Counted from the first letter of the stretch, positions 17,896 through 27,887 are shown. The stretch is 64,000 bases of DNA from a virus (IMGVR_UViG_3300033412_000476:1-64000), one strand, 5' to 3'. Notes: generated from the sequence alone by a model not told the origin. Program-made: numbers and translations.

Positions 17896-18810
17896 ATGAG
17901 CACCAACAGCAACTACACCCCGTCCGCCGGCCGCAGCTTCAGCAGCGAGATCTACTACCAGGCGGAGAGCCTCGGCCCGTTCAATGCGGTTGCTGGCCAC
18001 AGCTCGTTCGCGGCGTACTGCACGTTCATCCTGCGCGGCGGCATCCAGGACATTGCTGCGAACATGGTGGAGCAGGTGCTGTGGGGGAACCTGAACGTCG
18101 CCGATCAGCGCGGCTGGGAGATCTCACTCATCGGCGGTTCGGGCAACACGCTGTTTCTCGCAGCACGCATCGGCACGGGCGCGGACATCGTCAACGCCGC
18201 GGTGCTGATCACCGGCACGCAAGCGGACGGCATCATCACGCCGATCGAGCGCTTGGTCATGGCCGGCCTTTGGTACGACGGCACGACGCTGTACCTCAGC
18301 ATCAACGGCGTGCTCGCAGCCTACGATGCAAGCGCGGCACCTTCACCGAGCAATCTACTCGCGCGCATCGGCGCAGGGCACGCAGCTGTCGCGGCTGATC
18401 CAGCGATCAACGTCGACATCGTGAGCGTCGGCTACTTCAACGAGGCCGATTTCGACGGTGGCGGCGGTGGGATCGGCGAGTTCGCCAGCGACGCGTTCAG
18501 CGCGAGCCGTGCAAACAGCGGCATGTCGGCCTACCTGCGGCCCATCAGCGCAATCGACTGGACTCACCGCTACGACTTCGCGGCGAGCACCGGCGCGACG
18601 ATCATCAAGCAGCCCGACGGCTCTGCACTCTCGTCGTTCGGCCTGGCGCCTGCGACGCTCGAAGATCTCGGCGGCCAGGGCCTGAGCAACCCCGACCGCG
18701 AGACCAACACCGCTGCGCCACTCACGCGCGTCGGCGCCGTCCACGCGTTCACGCGTAAGAACGCCGACTGGTACGCGGGCGGCGCGTTTCTGACTGCACA
18801 GGGTGGCTGA
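17896..18810 (+). CDS. LamG/concanavalin-like virion protein, paralogue 1 of 4
   Basis: Shared motifs FAA(Y/F)CTF, LWGN, GW, LWYDG, VNG, DW.HRY, RKN.DWY.GG. Confidence 0.7.
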   Translation: MSTNSNYTPSAGRSFSSEIYYQAESLGPFNAVAGHSSFAAYCTFILRGGIQDIAANMVEQVLWGNLNVADQRGWEISLIGGSGNTLFLAARIGTGADIVNAAVLITGTQADGIITPIERLVMAGLWYDGTTLYLSINGVLAAYDASAAPSPSNLLARIGAGHAAVAADPAINVDIVSVGYFNEADFDGGGGGIGEFASDAFSASRANSGMSAYLRPISAIDWTHRYDFAASTGATIIKQPDGSALSSFGLAPATLEDLGGQGLSNPDRETNTAAPLTRVGAVHAFTRKNADWYAGGAFLTAQGG

Positions 18811-18857
18811 TCAGCTGAACCGCAAACGCGGCTAGGCAAGCCGCGAGGAGATCGACG

Positions 18858-19778
18858 ATGGGTTATTCGACGTTTGCACGGGGCTTTTCGGCTGCGGCCT
18901 ACTACCGCGGCGCCAGCGCCGGTGCGTTCAACGCGGTCGCGAGCGACAACACGTTCGCTGCGTTCTGCACGTTCAGCCTCAACTCGGGCTTGCAGGCGCC
19001 GGGCGGCTCGCCCACAGGAGAGTACCTCTGGGGCAACAGCGAAGACGCGAACTTCTCGGGCTGGTCACTCGAGCTCGTGGCCAGCGGCGGCGAGCTGCTC
19101 TTGCAGGCCAAGGTCGGCGACGGCTCGGCCTACGCCACGGTGCAAGAGCCAATCACCGGCCCTGCGGTCGCAGCGACGGGTCAGCTGCCCGCAGCGGGCA
19201 TCTTCAACCGCCTGATCCAGGCCGCGCTGTACCTCGATGGCACCAACATCGTGCTCGCGGTCAACGGCACGATCTGCGGCTTCACCGCGTTCGACCCCAC
19301 GACGTTCTCGCCGAGTGCGCTCGCAGCCTCGCTCGGTGCCGGCACGGCCGCTGTTGCTGCGCTGCCGGCGACGTTCGCGGAGATCCTCGCGTGCGGCTAC
19401 TCGAGCGACGTCGAATACGCGACCGGCATCGGACCCGGCTACATGGGCTCGGCGTTCGTCGCCGCGCAAGAGACCGACGGCAACGCCGGCTTCATCGTCG
19501 CGGACCAGGGCCTCGACTGGACGCACCGCTACAGCTTCCAAAGCGCGGCGCAGGGCTTGCCGGGCACGGTCAACAAGACCGCTGCAGGTAACCTTGTGAC
19601 GGGCTACCCCGTGGGGCCTTCATCGCTCGCCGACCTCGGCGGAAAGGGTCGCGCCAATCTCGGCACCTACAGCCCGGTGGCGCTCGCCAAAGGCGGCGGC
19701 AGCACGACGCTGCCGATCCTCAGCCAGCGCACACGCGCTGACTGGGCGCACCTCGGCACGTTCTTCTACACGCCGTAA
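18858..19778 (+). CDS. LamG/concanavalin-like virion protein, paralogue 2
   Basis: GAGGAG RBS; same motifs. Confidence 0.72.
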   Translation: MGYSTFARGFSAAAYYRGASAGAFNAVASDNTFAAFCTFSLNSGLQAPGGSPTGEYLWGNSEDANFSGWSLELVASGGELLLQAKVGDGSAYATVQEPITGPAVAATGQLPAAGIFNRLIQAALYLDGTNIVLAVNGTICGFTAFDPTTFSPSALAASLGAGTAAVAALPATFAEILACGYSSDVEYATGIGPGYMGSAFVAAQETDGNAGFIVADQGLDWTHRYSFQSAAQGLPGTVNKTAAGNLVTGYPVGPSSLADLGGKGRANLGTYSPVALAKGGGSTTLPILSQRTRADWAHLGTFFYTP

Positions 19779-19808
19779 TCTAGTTCAGCTGAAGGGACTC
19801 GCAGCCAC

Positions 19809-20795
19809 ATGTCCAACGCCAACTTCACGGCCGCGCTGAGTGGCTTCGCCAACGCGGGCCCGTACGGCTACCGCTCAGCCGATGCGGCGGACTTCGGCGC
19901 GGTGTCGGAGAACGGCTCGTTCGCCGCGTTCGTCACGGTCATCCCTCGCGGTTCTGCGCAGAGCTCGCAGCTCAACGCGCAGTACCTATGGGGCAACAAC
20001 GACGCGAGCGACGCCAACCGCGGGTGGTCGATCTCGATCGAGATCGTCGGTGGCCAGCTCGCGATCGTCGGACGCGTCGGCTACGGGTCGGGCGTGAGCG
20101 AAATCACGCTCGCAATCAGCGGTACCGGCTTGTCGGCCTTCGCTGAGCGCATGATGCAGATCGGCTTGTGGCTGTCGACTGCGAACTCGCCTGGCGTGCG
20201 CTTGACCGTCAACGGCAGCATCGCTGCGGTCGCAGGCGTGACGCTGCCGGACACGTTCGCGCCGAGCGCGTTCCCGGTCGGCCTCGGCATCCCGCCGGTC
20301 AGTCCGAGCACGATCGCCGCGACCGAGATCGACATCGTGGGCGCGGGCTACACCTACAACGTCGACTTCGACAACGACGACGACGTGGCAGACTACGCCG
20401 GTCGCGCGTGGAACGCTGCTCGCGGCGCGTGCGGTGCCGCAGTGGCGCTCGACCCCGACACTGGCGCCGACTGGGTGCACCGCTACAGCGCGGCGCAGCT
20501 CGGCCAAGGACAGCCGGCCGCGATCACCAAGCAGCCGACAAGCGCGCAGCTGCGCCAGGACGCGTTCCCCAACCCGGATGGCTACGCAACGGTGCCGGCG
20601 GCCGTGACCTTGGCCGATCAGGGCAACGTGCTGACGCCGACGAACGCCGACACGCAGATCGTGGCCTACAACCCCGTCGCGCTCAGCCGCTTGGGCGCGC
20701 TGTTCACCGGCGGCTACGTCGTCGCGCCGTTCCTGCGCGGTCGCAAGAACGTCGACTGGTACCAGGGCGGCAGCTATCTCATTCCCGAGGCGTGA
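19809..20795 (+). CDS. LamG/concanavalin-like virion protein, paralogue 3
   Basis: Same motifs; RKNVDWYQGG. Confidence 0.72.
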   Translation: MSNANFTAALSGFANAGPYGYRSADAADFGAVSENGSFAAFVTVIPRGSAQSSQLNAQYLWGNNDASDANRGWSISIEIVGGQLAIVGRVGYGSGVSEITLAISGTGLSAFAERMMQIGLWLSTANSPGVRLTVNGSIAAVAGVTLPDTFAPSAFPVGLGIPPVSPSTIAATEIDIVGAGYTYNVDFDNDDDVADYAGRAWNAARGACGAAVALDPDTGADWVHRYSAAQLGQGQPAAITKQPTSAQLRQDAFPNPDGYATVPAAVTLADQGNVLTPTNADTQIVAYNPVALSRLGALFTGGYVVAPFLRGRKNVDWYQGGSYLIPEA

Positions 20796-20837
20796 TCGGA
20801 CCCGCTAACCGTCAGCTGAACTGCATCGGAGGCTTCT

Positions 20838-21788
20838 GTGAGCAACGACAATCTGATTCAGGCCGTGAGCGGCTTCGACGTCGTCGACGACGTAAGCACA
20901 GGCCACTACCAGGCCGCGAGCGCTGGTGCCTTCAACCAAGGCAACGCCGTGGATGGATCGTTCGCTGCGTTCTGCACGTTCTACGTACGGGGCGAGCTCG
21001 TGGCGATGCCGAGCTCGCTGCCCGCGAGCGGCGCGCAGTTCCTCTGGGGCAACCTCTCGGGAAACAACGGCTGGTCGCTCTCGCTCGGGCTCGCCGACAA
21101 CGTGCTCAGCCTCATCGCGACGATCGGCACCGGCGCAGGCACGGTCACGGTCGCGTTCCCCTTGACCGGCTCGGCGCTCCCCAGCGGCAACTTCGCCTCC
21201 GTCATCGAGCGGCTGATCATGGCCGCGCTCTGGTACGACGGCGACAACCTGGCCTTGACCGTCAACGGCAACCTCGTCGCGCCGTCTGCCGTCGTGGCGA
21301 GCTTCGGCGTCAGCAACGCGGCCGTTCGCATGGGTCTGAACCCTGCAGGCTCTGCACCGGCCATATATGCTGACATCGTCAGCGTCGGCTTCTACAACGG
21401 CGTGCCGCTCTCGGCCACGACCCGCACCATCGGCCAGCTCGCTGGCCTAGCGTTCCGCTCTGCGCGCGAGTCCTTCGGCTCGGGGCTCATTCTGCCTGAC
21501 TCGGGTCACGACTGGACCTATCGCTACTGGGCGCGCACGCTCGCGTTCACCAACGCGCCGGCAGCGGCCAACGTGCGCAAGAACTCGATCGGCACGTCAA
21601 TCACCGCACCTGCTCCGGCCAACCAGCCGCTCGTCGACATCGGCCTGGGCGGCTCGCAGGACACAGCTGGCACGGCGATCGCGCTGCTGCCCTCCACCGA
21701 CAGTGGCCTATTCCTCGCGAGCCAGAAGAACGTCGACTGGTACCACGGCGGCGGCTCGATCGCGGTCGCGCCAGAAGGTCCGGCGTAA
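20838..21788 (+). CDS. LamG/concanavalin-like virion protein, paralogue 4
   Basis: GGAGG RBS; same motifs; QKNVDWYHGG. Confidence 0.72.
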   Translation: MSNDNLIQAVSGFDVVDDVSTGHYQAASAGAFNQGNAVDGSFAAFCTFYVRGELVAMPSSLPASGAQFLWGNLSGNNGWSLSLGLADNVLSLIATIGTGAGTVTVAFPLTGSALPSGNFASVIERLIMAALWYDGDNLALTVNGNLVAPSAVVASFGVSNAAVRMGLNPAGSAPAIYADIVSVGFYNGVPLSATTRTIGQLAGLAFRSARESFGSGLILPDSGHDWTYRYWARTLAFTNAPAAANVRKNSIGTSITAPAPANQPLVDIGLGGSQDTAGTAIALLPSTDSGLFLASQKNVDWYHGGGSIAVAPEGPA

Positions 21789-21955
21789 CGCTCACTCCGC
21801 ACGGTCCTCGAGCCACAGAGTCCCGAGCTGTAGAAACAGATTGAACGCCGCGGCGTGAAAGCACAGTCGCATCGCTAGATGCGGCCACAGCATGATCGCC
21901 GCGCTATGCGTGATAATCACAGCGTCCGCGATCACGAAGCGTCGCGTGCTCCACG

Positions 21956-22375
21956 TCATTGATCTTCTGGTGGCTCAGGCACGCTGCGGCCGTCGAACTT
22001 GCGCAGCTCGATGAGCGCGGCACGCTCGCGCCACCATTCGCTCGCCATGCCGCCGAGCACGCGCTTGTCGGCCGGCGTCGTGACCGCGCGCAGCTTCTCT
22101 CGCTCGCCAAGTAGGTAGTCGAGCGCTTTCGCGGCTGCGTATGCGACTGAGTCGCTCGGCGCGCGGCTGAGCTCATCACGCAGCGCAACGGCGGCCGCCA
22201 GCCCGCGCGAGTCGAACGCTCGAGGGCTGACAAGATCCGGCAAGGGCGGTGGCGGTGGCGGCTCGTTGATGCAGAGGTTGTTCTTGCGACAACGCTCGCA
22301 CGCGCGGTAGGCCACTGCGCCCGATCTGAAACGCTCGCGTTCATTTAGCGAGCAGCAGTCGATGCATAGAAACAT
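21956..22375 (-). CDS. hypothetical protein with N-terminal CxxC...CxxC
   Basis: ATG overlaps upstream stop; CIDC..CERC. Confidence 0.5.
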   Translation of the reverse strand: MFLCIDCCSLNERERFRSGAVAYRACERCRKNNLCINEPPPPPPLPDLVSPRAFDSRGLAAAVALRDELSRAPSDSVAYAAAKALDYLLGEREKLRAVTTPADKRVLGGMASEWWRERAALIELRKFDGRSVPEPPEDQ

Positions 22376-22845
22376 CAGCTGAACTCGCCGATGCACAGAT
22401 CGTACGTGCCATCGCCGTTGCCGACGCAGTGCCTGCCGTCGATGCGCCTTCGCCACATGCCCGACGTCGGCAGCTCGATCGCGTTGTTCTGTTCAAGCAG
22501 CGCTTGCCAGCTGTCGAGCCCGAAACGGCGAGCCTGCCGCCGCTTTTCTTCTTCGGAGCGCGGACGATCGTCGTCGCGCTCGCGCTCTTCGATGAACTCA
22601 CGCACGAAGCGTGCGTGGTCTTTGTGAATCTTGCCGTACTCGTCGACGATGCACACCTCCGCGGACTCGAGTAGCACTTTCCAGTCCGTCAACGTGTTGA
22701 TGCCGAAGTCGGGGTGGATGTGCAGCGCGAACGTCCAACCCATGCTCGACTTGCCGAGGTGCAGCACGTCAGGCGCAACGAGTACGTTCCAATCGACGAT
22801 GCGATGCAGCCCACGAACGAAGTAGTTGGTCCCCATCGTAATCAC
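22375..22845 (-). CDS. conserved phage hypothetical protein
   Basis: MGTNY...HLGKSS.GW.F pattern. Confidence 0.65.
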   Translation of the reverse strand: MITMGTNYFVRGLHRIVDWNVLVAPDVLHLGKSSMGWTFALHIHPDFGINTLTDWKVLLESAEVCIVDEYGKIHKDHARFVREFIEERERDDDRPRSEEEKRRQARRFGLDSWQALLEQNNAIELPTSGMWRRRIDGRHCVGNGDGTYDLCIGEFS

Positions 22846-23744
22846 CCCTTTGTCAGGCGCTTGGCGGCCTTTCGCAGCTTGGTTTTGTCGAGCTCTTCGC
22901 GCTCGATGACTGTATCCATCAGATCGCTGTCGACGATCTCCTCGAACGCGACGTTGATCAGCTCCTGCAGCACGCGCGGCTCGAGAGCGTCGACCTCCCA
23001 GCTCTCGTAGCCGTGCTTGTCGACGTACTTGCCGGCGCGGCTGTCGCTCATCTTCGCCGGGTTGGGCGGAGGGTCGTACTCTTCGATCTGCGCCATCGTC
23101 AGCGCGAGCTTGCGCACGGTGACCATGCCGTCCGCGCGTGTGAAGAGATTGAGCCGGTCTTGGATGTCGCGGACCATGTCCTCGCCGCTTGGATCATGAT
23201 CTCCCAGATAGAAGAGCCACATGTCGCGCGCTGGGCCGTCGTCTGCGCCGAACGCGTCGATGAAGCGCTGCGCGCTCGCGTACATGGCTGACTGGCTCGA
23301 GTAGCCCTTGTTGACCATCAGCGTGACGTGCCACTTGCGTGCGAGCGGTTCGAGTACACCCGCGAGCGCGGCCTTCTCGACCCAGAGCTCGGCGTAGCAG
23401 CGCTGCCCCTGCCAGCGCGGCAGCCGGTACGATCGCACCGCGGCATCGACCAGATCTTCGAGGTTCGAAAACTCGCTCCGCCTGTCGGGCTCACGGCCGC
23501 GGTCCTCGATCGCGTTCCAGTCGAGCATCCCCGCGAGCCGCGCCTTGCTGACGACGTTGCCGAGGTTCTTGTAGCTCTTCTCGGTGTTGGGGATCAGATC
23601 GCGCGAGACGAACTGGTAGTACAGCTGGCGCAGCGTGAGCGTCAGCCCCTGCGCACGGTACGCCGCGATGATCTCGTTACACTTGTCGACGACCTCGAGC
23701 GTGCTGCCCCGCGGGTTCCAAGCGACGAAAGTCTCGCGTGCCAT
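22842..23744 (-). CDS. Spo11/TopoVI-A-like (JetD-like) TOPRIM protein
   Basis: LTLRQLYYQ winged-helix Tyr motif, WVEKAAL, YLGDHDPSG (DxD), WEVDAL. Confidence 0.75.
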   Translation of the reverse strand: MARETFVAWNPRGSTLEVVDKCNEIIAAYRAQGLTLTLRQLYYQFVSRDLIPNTEKSYKNLGNVVSKARLAGMLDWNAIEDRGREPDRRSEFSNLEDLVDAAVRSYRLPRWQGQRCYAELWVEKAALAGVLEPLARKWHVTLMVNKGYSSQSAMYASAQRFIDAFGADDGPARDMWLFYLGDHDPSGEDMVRDIQDRLNLFTRADGMVTVRKLALTMAQIEEYDPPPNPAKMSDSRAGKYVDKHGYESWEVDALEPRVLQELINVAFEEIVDSDLMDTVIEREELDKTKLRKAAKRLTKG

Positions 23745-24169
23745 CAGCCTTCAGCTTTCCCGCCCATGCCAGCGGCGAAGTCCGCGCGTTTGCGGATCAG
23801 ATACCCGAAGCGCAACACGTCGTTGACCGGCGCGTCGGTGAAGTCCTTCATCTCGAGCGGGGCACCATGGCGACGCTCGAGACACCTCACGCAGAGGATG
23901 AACGGCGCGCCTTTCTCTCTGCCGGACTTTCGCAGAAGCGCGAGATAGGAAGGCATCGCTCGCGCGAGCGCGCGTGAATGGATCTCTTGCTTGATCAGGT
24001 ACACGCCTGGCACGGCGGCGTGCCACACGTGGTCATGCACGTTGAAGGCCCCACAGGGCCGCAAGCAGTCGAAGCAGTCAAACCAGTTGCCAAGCTCGCG
24101 CACGCTGTCGAGGAAGCGCTCGATCGAATCGATCGTCGGCTTATCGAGGTCGATCACACGTCCGGTCAT
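23744..24169 (-). CDS. hypothetical protein, CxxC motifs
   Basis: CFDC..C...CVRC; translational coupling. Confidence 0.55.
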   Translation of the reverse strand: MTGRVIDLDKPTIDSIERFLDSVRELGNWFDCFDCLRPCGAFNVHDHVWHAAVPGVYLIKQEIHSRALARAMPSYLALLRKSGREKGAPFILCVRCLERRHGAPLEMKDFTDAPVNDVLRFGYLIRKRADFAAGMGGKAEG

Positions 24170-24172
24170 CGA

Positions 24173-24562
24173 TCACTCCTCGCGCCAGTCGGCGTCGTTC
24201 CAAGGATTTTCGCCTTTGCGGATCGCAGCCCACTCCGCATCAGTTGGCGCGCGGAAGCTGCCGCGCGGCTCACTGACGTAACCCTCGTCGGGCCCGAGCG
24301 GGTGACTAGTGTTGAAGAACACGTAGCGGCCGACCCAGACTGAGATTCCGCCGGGTGCGTCGTCGAGCCCGAGATCGCTGAGCGTGGCCATGCTGTGCTC
24401 TTCGAGCTCGAGACGTACATGCGGACCGGCAGTGAAGAGCACGCAGCCTTCCCCGCGGCCGTTGCACGCGATGACAGCTAGCGAATCACGCTTCCACGCG
24501 CCCGGCGGGTAGCCGTCCCAGGGCTCACCTTTGTCCCGCTCTTCGAGCTTCAGGTGCGGCAT
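24173..24562 (-). CDS. hypothetical protein
   Basis: ATG coupled to the MTase stop. Confidence 0.55.
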   Translation of the reverse strand: MPHLKLEERDKGEPWDGYPPGAWKRDSLAVIACNGRGEGCVLFTAGPHVRLELEEHSMATLSDLGLDDAPGGISVWVGRYVFFNTSHPLGPDEGYVSEPRGSFRAPTDAEWAAIRKGENPWNDADWREE

Positions 24563-25368
24563 CAGCGCACCACATCGAGCAGCGGTTTTTCGTCGAGCTT
24601 GAACAGCTCTAGAATGCCGGTGCGCACGTTGGTGCCGCTCGGCTTGAAGCTGCCCTCCGGCAGTTCGATCCACACCCCGCCGAGGTGAATCACCGCCATG
24701 CGAAACGCCTTGATGGCCGCGCCTTCGCCGTAGAGCCAGCGCGGGCTCATCACCGAGACGAGCTTGCCGCCCGGCGCGAGCAGCTCGTACATGTGCGTGA
24801 CGTGCGCGATGTCCTGCCGATCGCTGAACGGTGGGTTGGCGACGATGCGATCGTAGCCGCGGCGGTCGTCGAGATCAGCAAGCCGCAGCTGCAGGAAGTC
24901 CGCGGCGACTAGGCGCGTGCCTTCGCGGAAGCGCTGGCTCAACAGCGTGCGGTTCTCCGGATGCAGCTCGCAATAGTCAACGATTGCGCCCGCTGTGCGT
25001 AGTACGCTGACGATCGCGCCTTGGCCGGCGCTCGGTTCGAGCACGCGCATGCCGCGCTCGACTACGGCGAGCTCAACGAGCTGCACCGCGACGGCCGGCG
25101 GCGTCGGGTAGAACTGATAGAGCTTGCGCAGGTCGGTGACTGCGCCCGTTGCGATCGCGTCTTCGACGACTTCGCGCGGATCGGAGTCGAAGACGTGCGC
25201 CTGCGCCTTGCGGCTCCACTTGCCGCCGAGTGCTTCGATGACTGCAGCAACCTGCAGGTAAAGCTTGCGGTCGAGCTGACCGCTCAGCTGCAGGTGCTTG
25301 CCGGCGACCGTCGCCGAACGCAGCACTTCGACGACGTCGGCGCGCAAGGTGATCTCTGTCTGAGCCAT
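24562..25368 (-). CDS. Amino (m6A/m4C) DNA methyltransferase, gamma-like
   Basis: FYPTP, VLEPSAGQG (motif I), ANPPF (motif IV), F..SGT.V; GAGGAG RBS. Confidence 0.8.
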   Translation of the reverse strand: MAQTEITLRADVVEVLRSATVAGKHLQLSGQLDRKLYLQVAAVIEALGGKWSRKAQAHVFDSDPREVVEDAIATGAVTDLRKLYQFYPTPPAVAVQLVELAVVERGMRVLEPSAGQGAIVSVLRTAGAIVDYCELHPENRTLLSQRFREGTRLVAADFLQLRLADLDDRRGYDRIVANPPFSDRQDIAHVTHMYELLAPGGKLVSVMSPRWLYGEGAAIKAFRMAVIHLGGVWIELPEGSFKPSGTNVRTGILELFKLDEKPLLDVVR

Positions 25369-25381
25369 CGATTGTTGCTCC

Positions 25382-25705
25382 TCAGCCTTTCTCTCGTGCA
25401 ATGCGCTCGGCGAGCGCAGCGACGTCGTTCTGTAGCGTTGCGACGAAAGCGCGCTTTGCCGCTTGGTACTCGGCTTCCGTCGCCACGTGTAGCTGCACGC
25501 CGGGATGCATCACGATCCCGAGCCAGATCGCACGTGCTCGCAAGTCATTGTGCTCAGGTGACGGCGCTTCATGCGGGCTGCCGGTCGCGCTGCCCTGCTC
25601 TGCCTCGCACCAGCGACGATAGGCGTATGCGATCATCACCGGGTCGCACCCGCGGTAGGTGTCGCCGTGCTTCTCGAGCTCAGGTGCTTTGTCTTCGCGG
25701 GCCAC
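25382..25705 (-). CDS. hypothetical protein
   Basis: In-operon ORF. Confidence 0.55.
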   Translation of the reverse strand: MAREDKAPELEKHGDTYRGCDPVMIAYAYRRWCEAEQGSATGSPHEAPSPEHNDLRARAIWLGIVMHPGVQLHVATEAEYQAAKRAFVATLQNDVAALAERIAREKG

Positions 25706-25708
25706 CCT

Positions 25709-26089
25709 TTATTCGCCCTCCGAGTGCAGCAACTTGGTCAGCATCACCTTTTGCGCTGCGATGATCGCGTCGAGCAGCGCCGGCATAAGCGCAAGTGCGT
25801 GAACGCGGGTCTTGCGCGGGGCTTTGAGTAGTGGCGTTGTCGCGCTGTTCGCGCCGCCGCGCGTCACGACGAGACACCAGGTACTTTCTGCTTTACCGAA
25901 CCCGACGCGGTACCGTTCTCCGCCTAGATCGAGCGGGACATCGGCACTGAGACCGACGCCAGCCGTGCGCAGTGCATCCTCGAACTCCTCGAGCCGTTCG
26001 TTGACATCCTCTGAGAGATCGTTGATCTCGTCCGCATTCGACTTGATCGTCGCGAGTCTCCGCGCGATGTCGGGATCGGCAATATGCAT
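25709..26089 (-). CDS. hypothetical protein
   Basis: AAGGGAG RBS; N-terminal coiled coil. Confidence 0.55.
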   Translation of the reverse strand: MHIADPDIARRLATIKSNADEINDLSEDVNERLEEFEDALRTAGVGLSADVPLDLGGERYRVGFGKAESTWCLVVTRGGANSATTPLLKAPRKTRVHALALMPALLDAIIAAQKVMLTKLLHSEGE

Positions 26090-26241
26090 TTGTCTCACGC
26101 TCCCTTGCGAGGACTCGAGGCTGACGCACGGTCGGTTGACGATGGCACGGAGCAAGCGCGGACCGCGGTTCATAACTCCGCGGAGGCAAACCACACTCGC
26201 TCTCTAATAGCCGGCCTTCCGTGCGTCAGCCTCCAACCCTC

Positions 26242-26466
26242 TCACTCCGAAATCAGTTTGTAGCGCAAGGTGAACCCTCGCACCGAAGCTTCAGATCTGC
26301 GCGCGGCGACGCTGCCATCTTCGAACACACGCGCGATGATCACAACGCGCTCACGCACCTTCGAATGCTTGCGGAACGGTCGACTTTCCAGCGCGAGCAC
26401 CTTCACACGTCGTCCGTTGTCGCGAGCGTCAAGCGATTCCCAAATCTGGTTGACGGCGACGGCCAT
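26242..26466 (-). CDS. small hypothetical protein
   Basis: QIWES.D.R..GRRV.V small beta-domain pattern. Confidence 0.5.
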   Translation of the reverse strand: MAVAVNQIWESLDARDNGRRVKVLALESRPFRKHSKVRERVVIIARVFEDGSVAARRSEASVRGFTLRYKLISE

Positions 26467-26831
26467 CACTCGCCCTTGCACATGCGGACGAGCCGCAACG
26501 TCGGGTGTTCACCGTCATTGCGCGTATGTGGCAGCGCGAACGCGATCCGCTCGCCGGCAGCAATCGCCGCCGCGCAGAGCAGTGCGCTGAGCTCGGGATC
26601 GACCGCGTTGTGATGCACGAGCGCGCCCCACCGCTCCGCCGCGAGCAGCGCCGTCAGCGCTGAACGCAGCGAATGCGCCTCGAGCGCGACGAGCAGCCCC
26701 TCTGCCTGGAAGTGCTCGGGCAGCGCGCCCGGCAGAAGCCGGTAGTGCATCGCTCGCGGGCTGCGCAGCTGGTGCGGTGCGATGACCGGCTGGATTGCGA
26801 TCCACAGCTTCTCGGTGAGCAGCTTCATCAC
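26466..26831 (-). CDS. hypothetical protein
   Basis: Coupled stop/start on both sides. Confidence 0.5.
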   Translation of the reverse strand: MMKLLTEKLWIAIQPVIAPHQLRSPRAMHYRLLPGALPEHFQAEGLLVALEAHSLRSALTALLAAERWGALVHHNAVDPELSALLCAAAIAAGERIAFALPHTRNDGEHPTLRLVRMCKGE

Positions 26832-27025
26832 AGGTCTCGCGAGTCGTCACGCAAGAGCACGACGTAGCCGTCCCGGTCGACGTTGACGCCGCTGCAAGGA
26901 CCCTGGCAGTCGCAGCCCTCAGTCAGCACGAACGCGTCGGGCGTCGTTTCCTGCAACTTCTGTAGCTGCGCGATCAGATCACCGAGCCGAATCGGTTTGA
27001 GCCTGGGTTTGTCGGTAGCCATCAC
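26828..27025 (-). CDS. hypothetical protein
   Basis: Coupled; EGCDC motif. Confidence 0.55.
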   Translation of the reverse strand: MMATDKPRLKPIRLGDLIAQLQKLQETTPDAFVLTEGCDCQGPCSGVNVDRDGYVVLLRDDSRDL

Positions 27026-27738
27026 AGAAATCCCTTCGGTGGGTACACCTTGCCAAGAGCGTCGAAGCCGTGGTGTTTCTCCGCGATCGAGTCTAGATGG
27101 CGCCCGAGGTCGCGCCCGTAGCGCTCGGCGCGCTCGCTACGAATCGAACGCGCGATCGCTGCCCCGAGGTTGGGCTCGCGCGCAGGCGCGGCAGCAGCCT
27201 CCGCGCGACCGTTGCACGCTGGGTAGCGGCTGCAGCCCTTGAAGGGGCCGCTGCGCCCGGTGCGCTCGACCTGGGGTGCGCCGCAGGCCGGGCAGCGGGG
27301 GCCGACCGTGGCGGCCTTGAACGCCTCACGGATTACGCCGGTGAGTCGCTCGAGGAAAGCGGCCTGGCGCTGCGCTTCTCCGCCCGCAGGCGCCGTCCGG
27401 AAGACGCGGACCGCCTGACAGAGCGGCTTGAATCCGAAGCCGTCCAAGCGGCGGTAGGCGCCTGCCGCGAGCGGTGCCGGCAAGGGCGCCGTATCAGCGA
27501 TGACGCCCCAGAAGATGCGGATTGCGTCGGCGCCACAGTCGCGCAGCTGCGCGTCGGTTGAAATCGACGTAAAGACGCGCACTTCGGTGCGCCTGCGCGC
27601 TGGCCGCAGCAGGGCCACAATCTCGTTTCCGCTGCTGCAGAGTAGGTAGCCCCCGCCCGACTGCTTGACGGCCGCGCCGATATTGTCGAGCGCGCCAAGC
27701 AGCGCCGCGGGCGGCACGTTGTAGAAGCGCGGGCTCAT
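27022..27738 (-). CDS. Protein with topoisomerase-type C4 zinc ribbon
   Basis: CPACG...RTGRSGPFKGCSRYPAC. Confidence 0.65.
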   Translation of the reverse strand: MSPRFYNVPPAALLGALDNIGAAVKQSGGGYLLCSSGNEIVALLRPARRRTEVRVFTSISTDAQLRDCGADAIRIFWGVIADTAPLPAPLAAGAYRRLDGFGFKPLCQAVRVFRTAPAGGEAQRQAAFLERLTGVIREAFKAATVGPRCPACGAPQVERTGRSGPFKGCSRYPACNGRAEAAAAPAREPNLGAAIARSIRSERAERYGRDLGRHLDSIAEKHHGFDALGKVYPPKGFL

Positions 27739-27887
27739 GACCGCGAACCGCGCTTGTAGATACTTGCGCTCGCGGCGAGTCCGCACACAACGCCCAAGGC
27801 AACGGCGCCCGGCGTGCCGAGATGCCACGCCGCCGTCAGCACGAACGCCGCCGCGCAGGCGATCACGAGAGGTAGATATCGAAGCAC
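27735..27887 (-). CDS. 50-aa two-TM membrane protein (absent from ORF track)
   Basis: AGGAG RBS plus CAAC-GTG; VLRYLPLVIACAAAFVLTAAWHLGTPGAVALGVVCGLAASASIYKRGSRS*; stop overlaps next ATG. Confidence 0.58.
   Translation of the reverse strand: MLRYLPLVIACAAAFVLTAAWHLGTPGAVALGVVCGLAASASIYKRGSRS

Larger units (their letters stand above)
18811..20820. repeat. TCAGCTGAA palindromic motif in each of the three spacers between the four paralogues
   Basis: 18811-18819, 19784-19793 (TTCAGCTGAA), 20812-20820. Confidence 0.6.
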
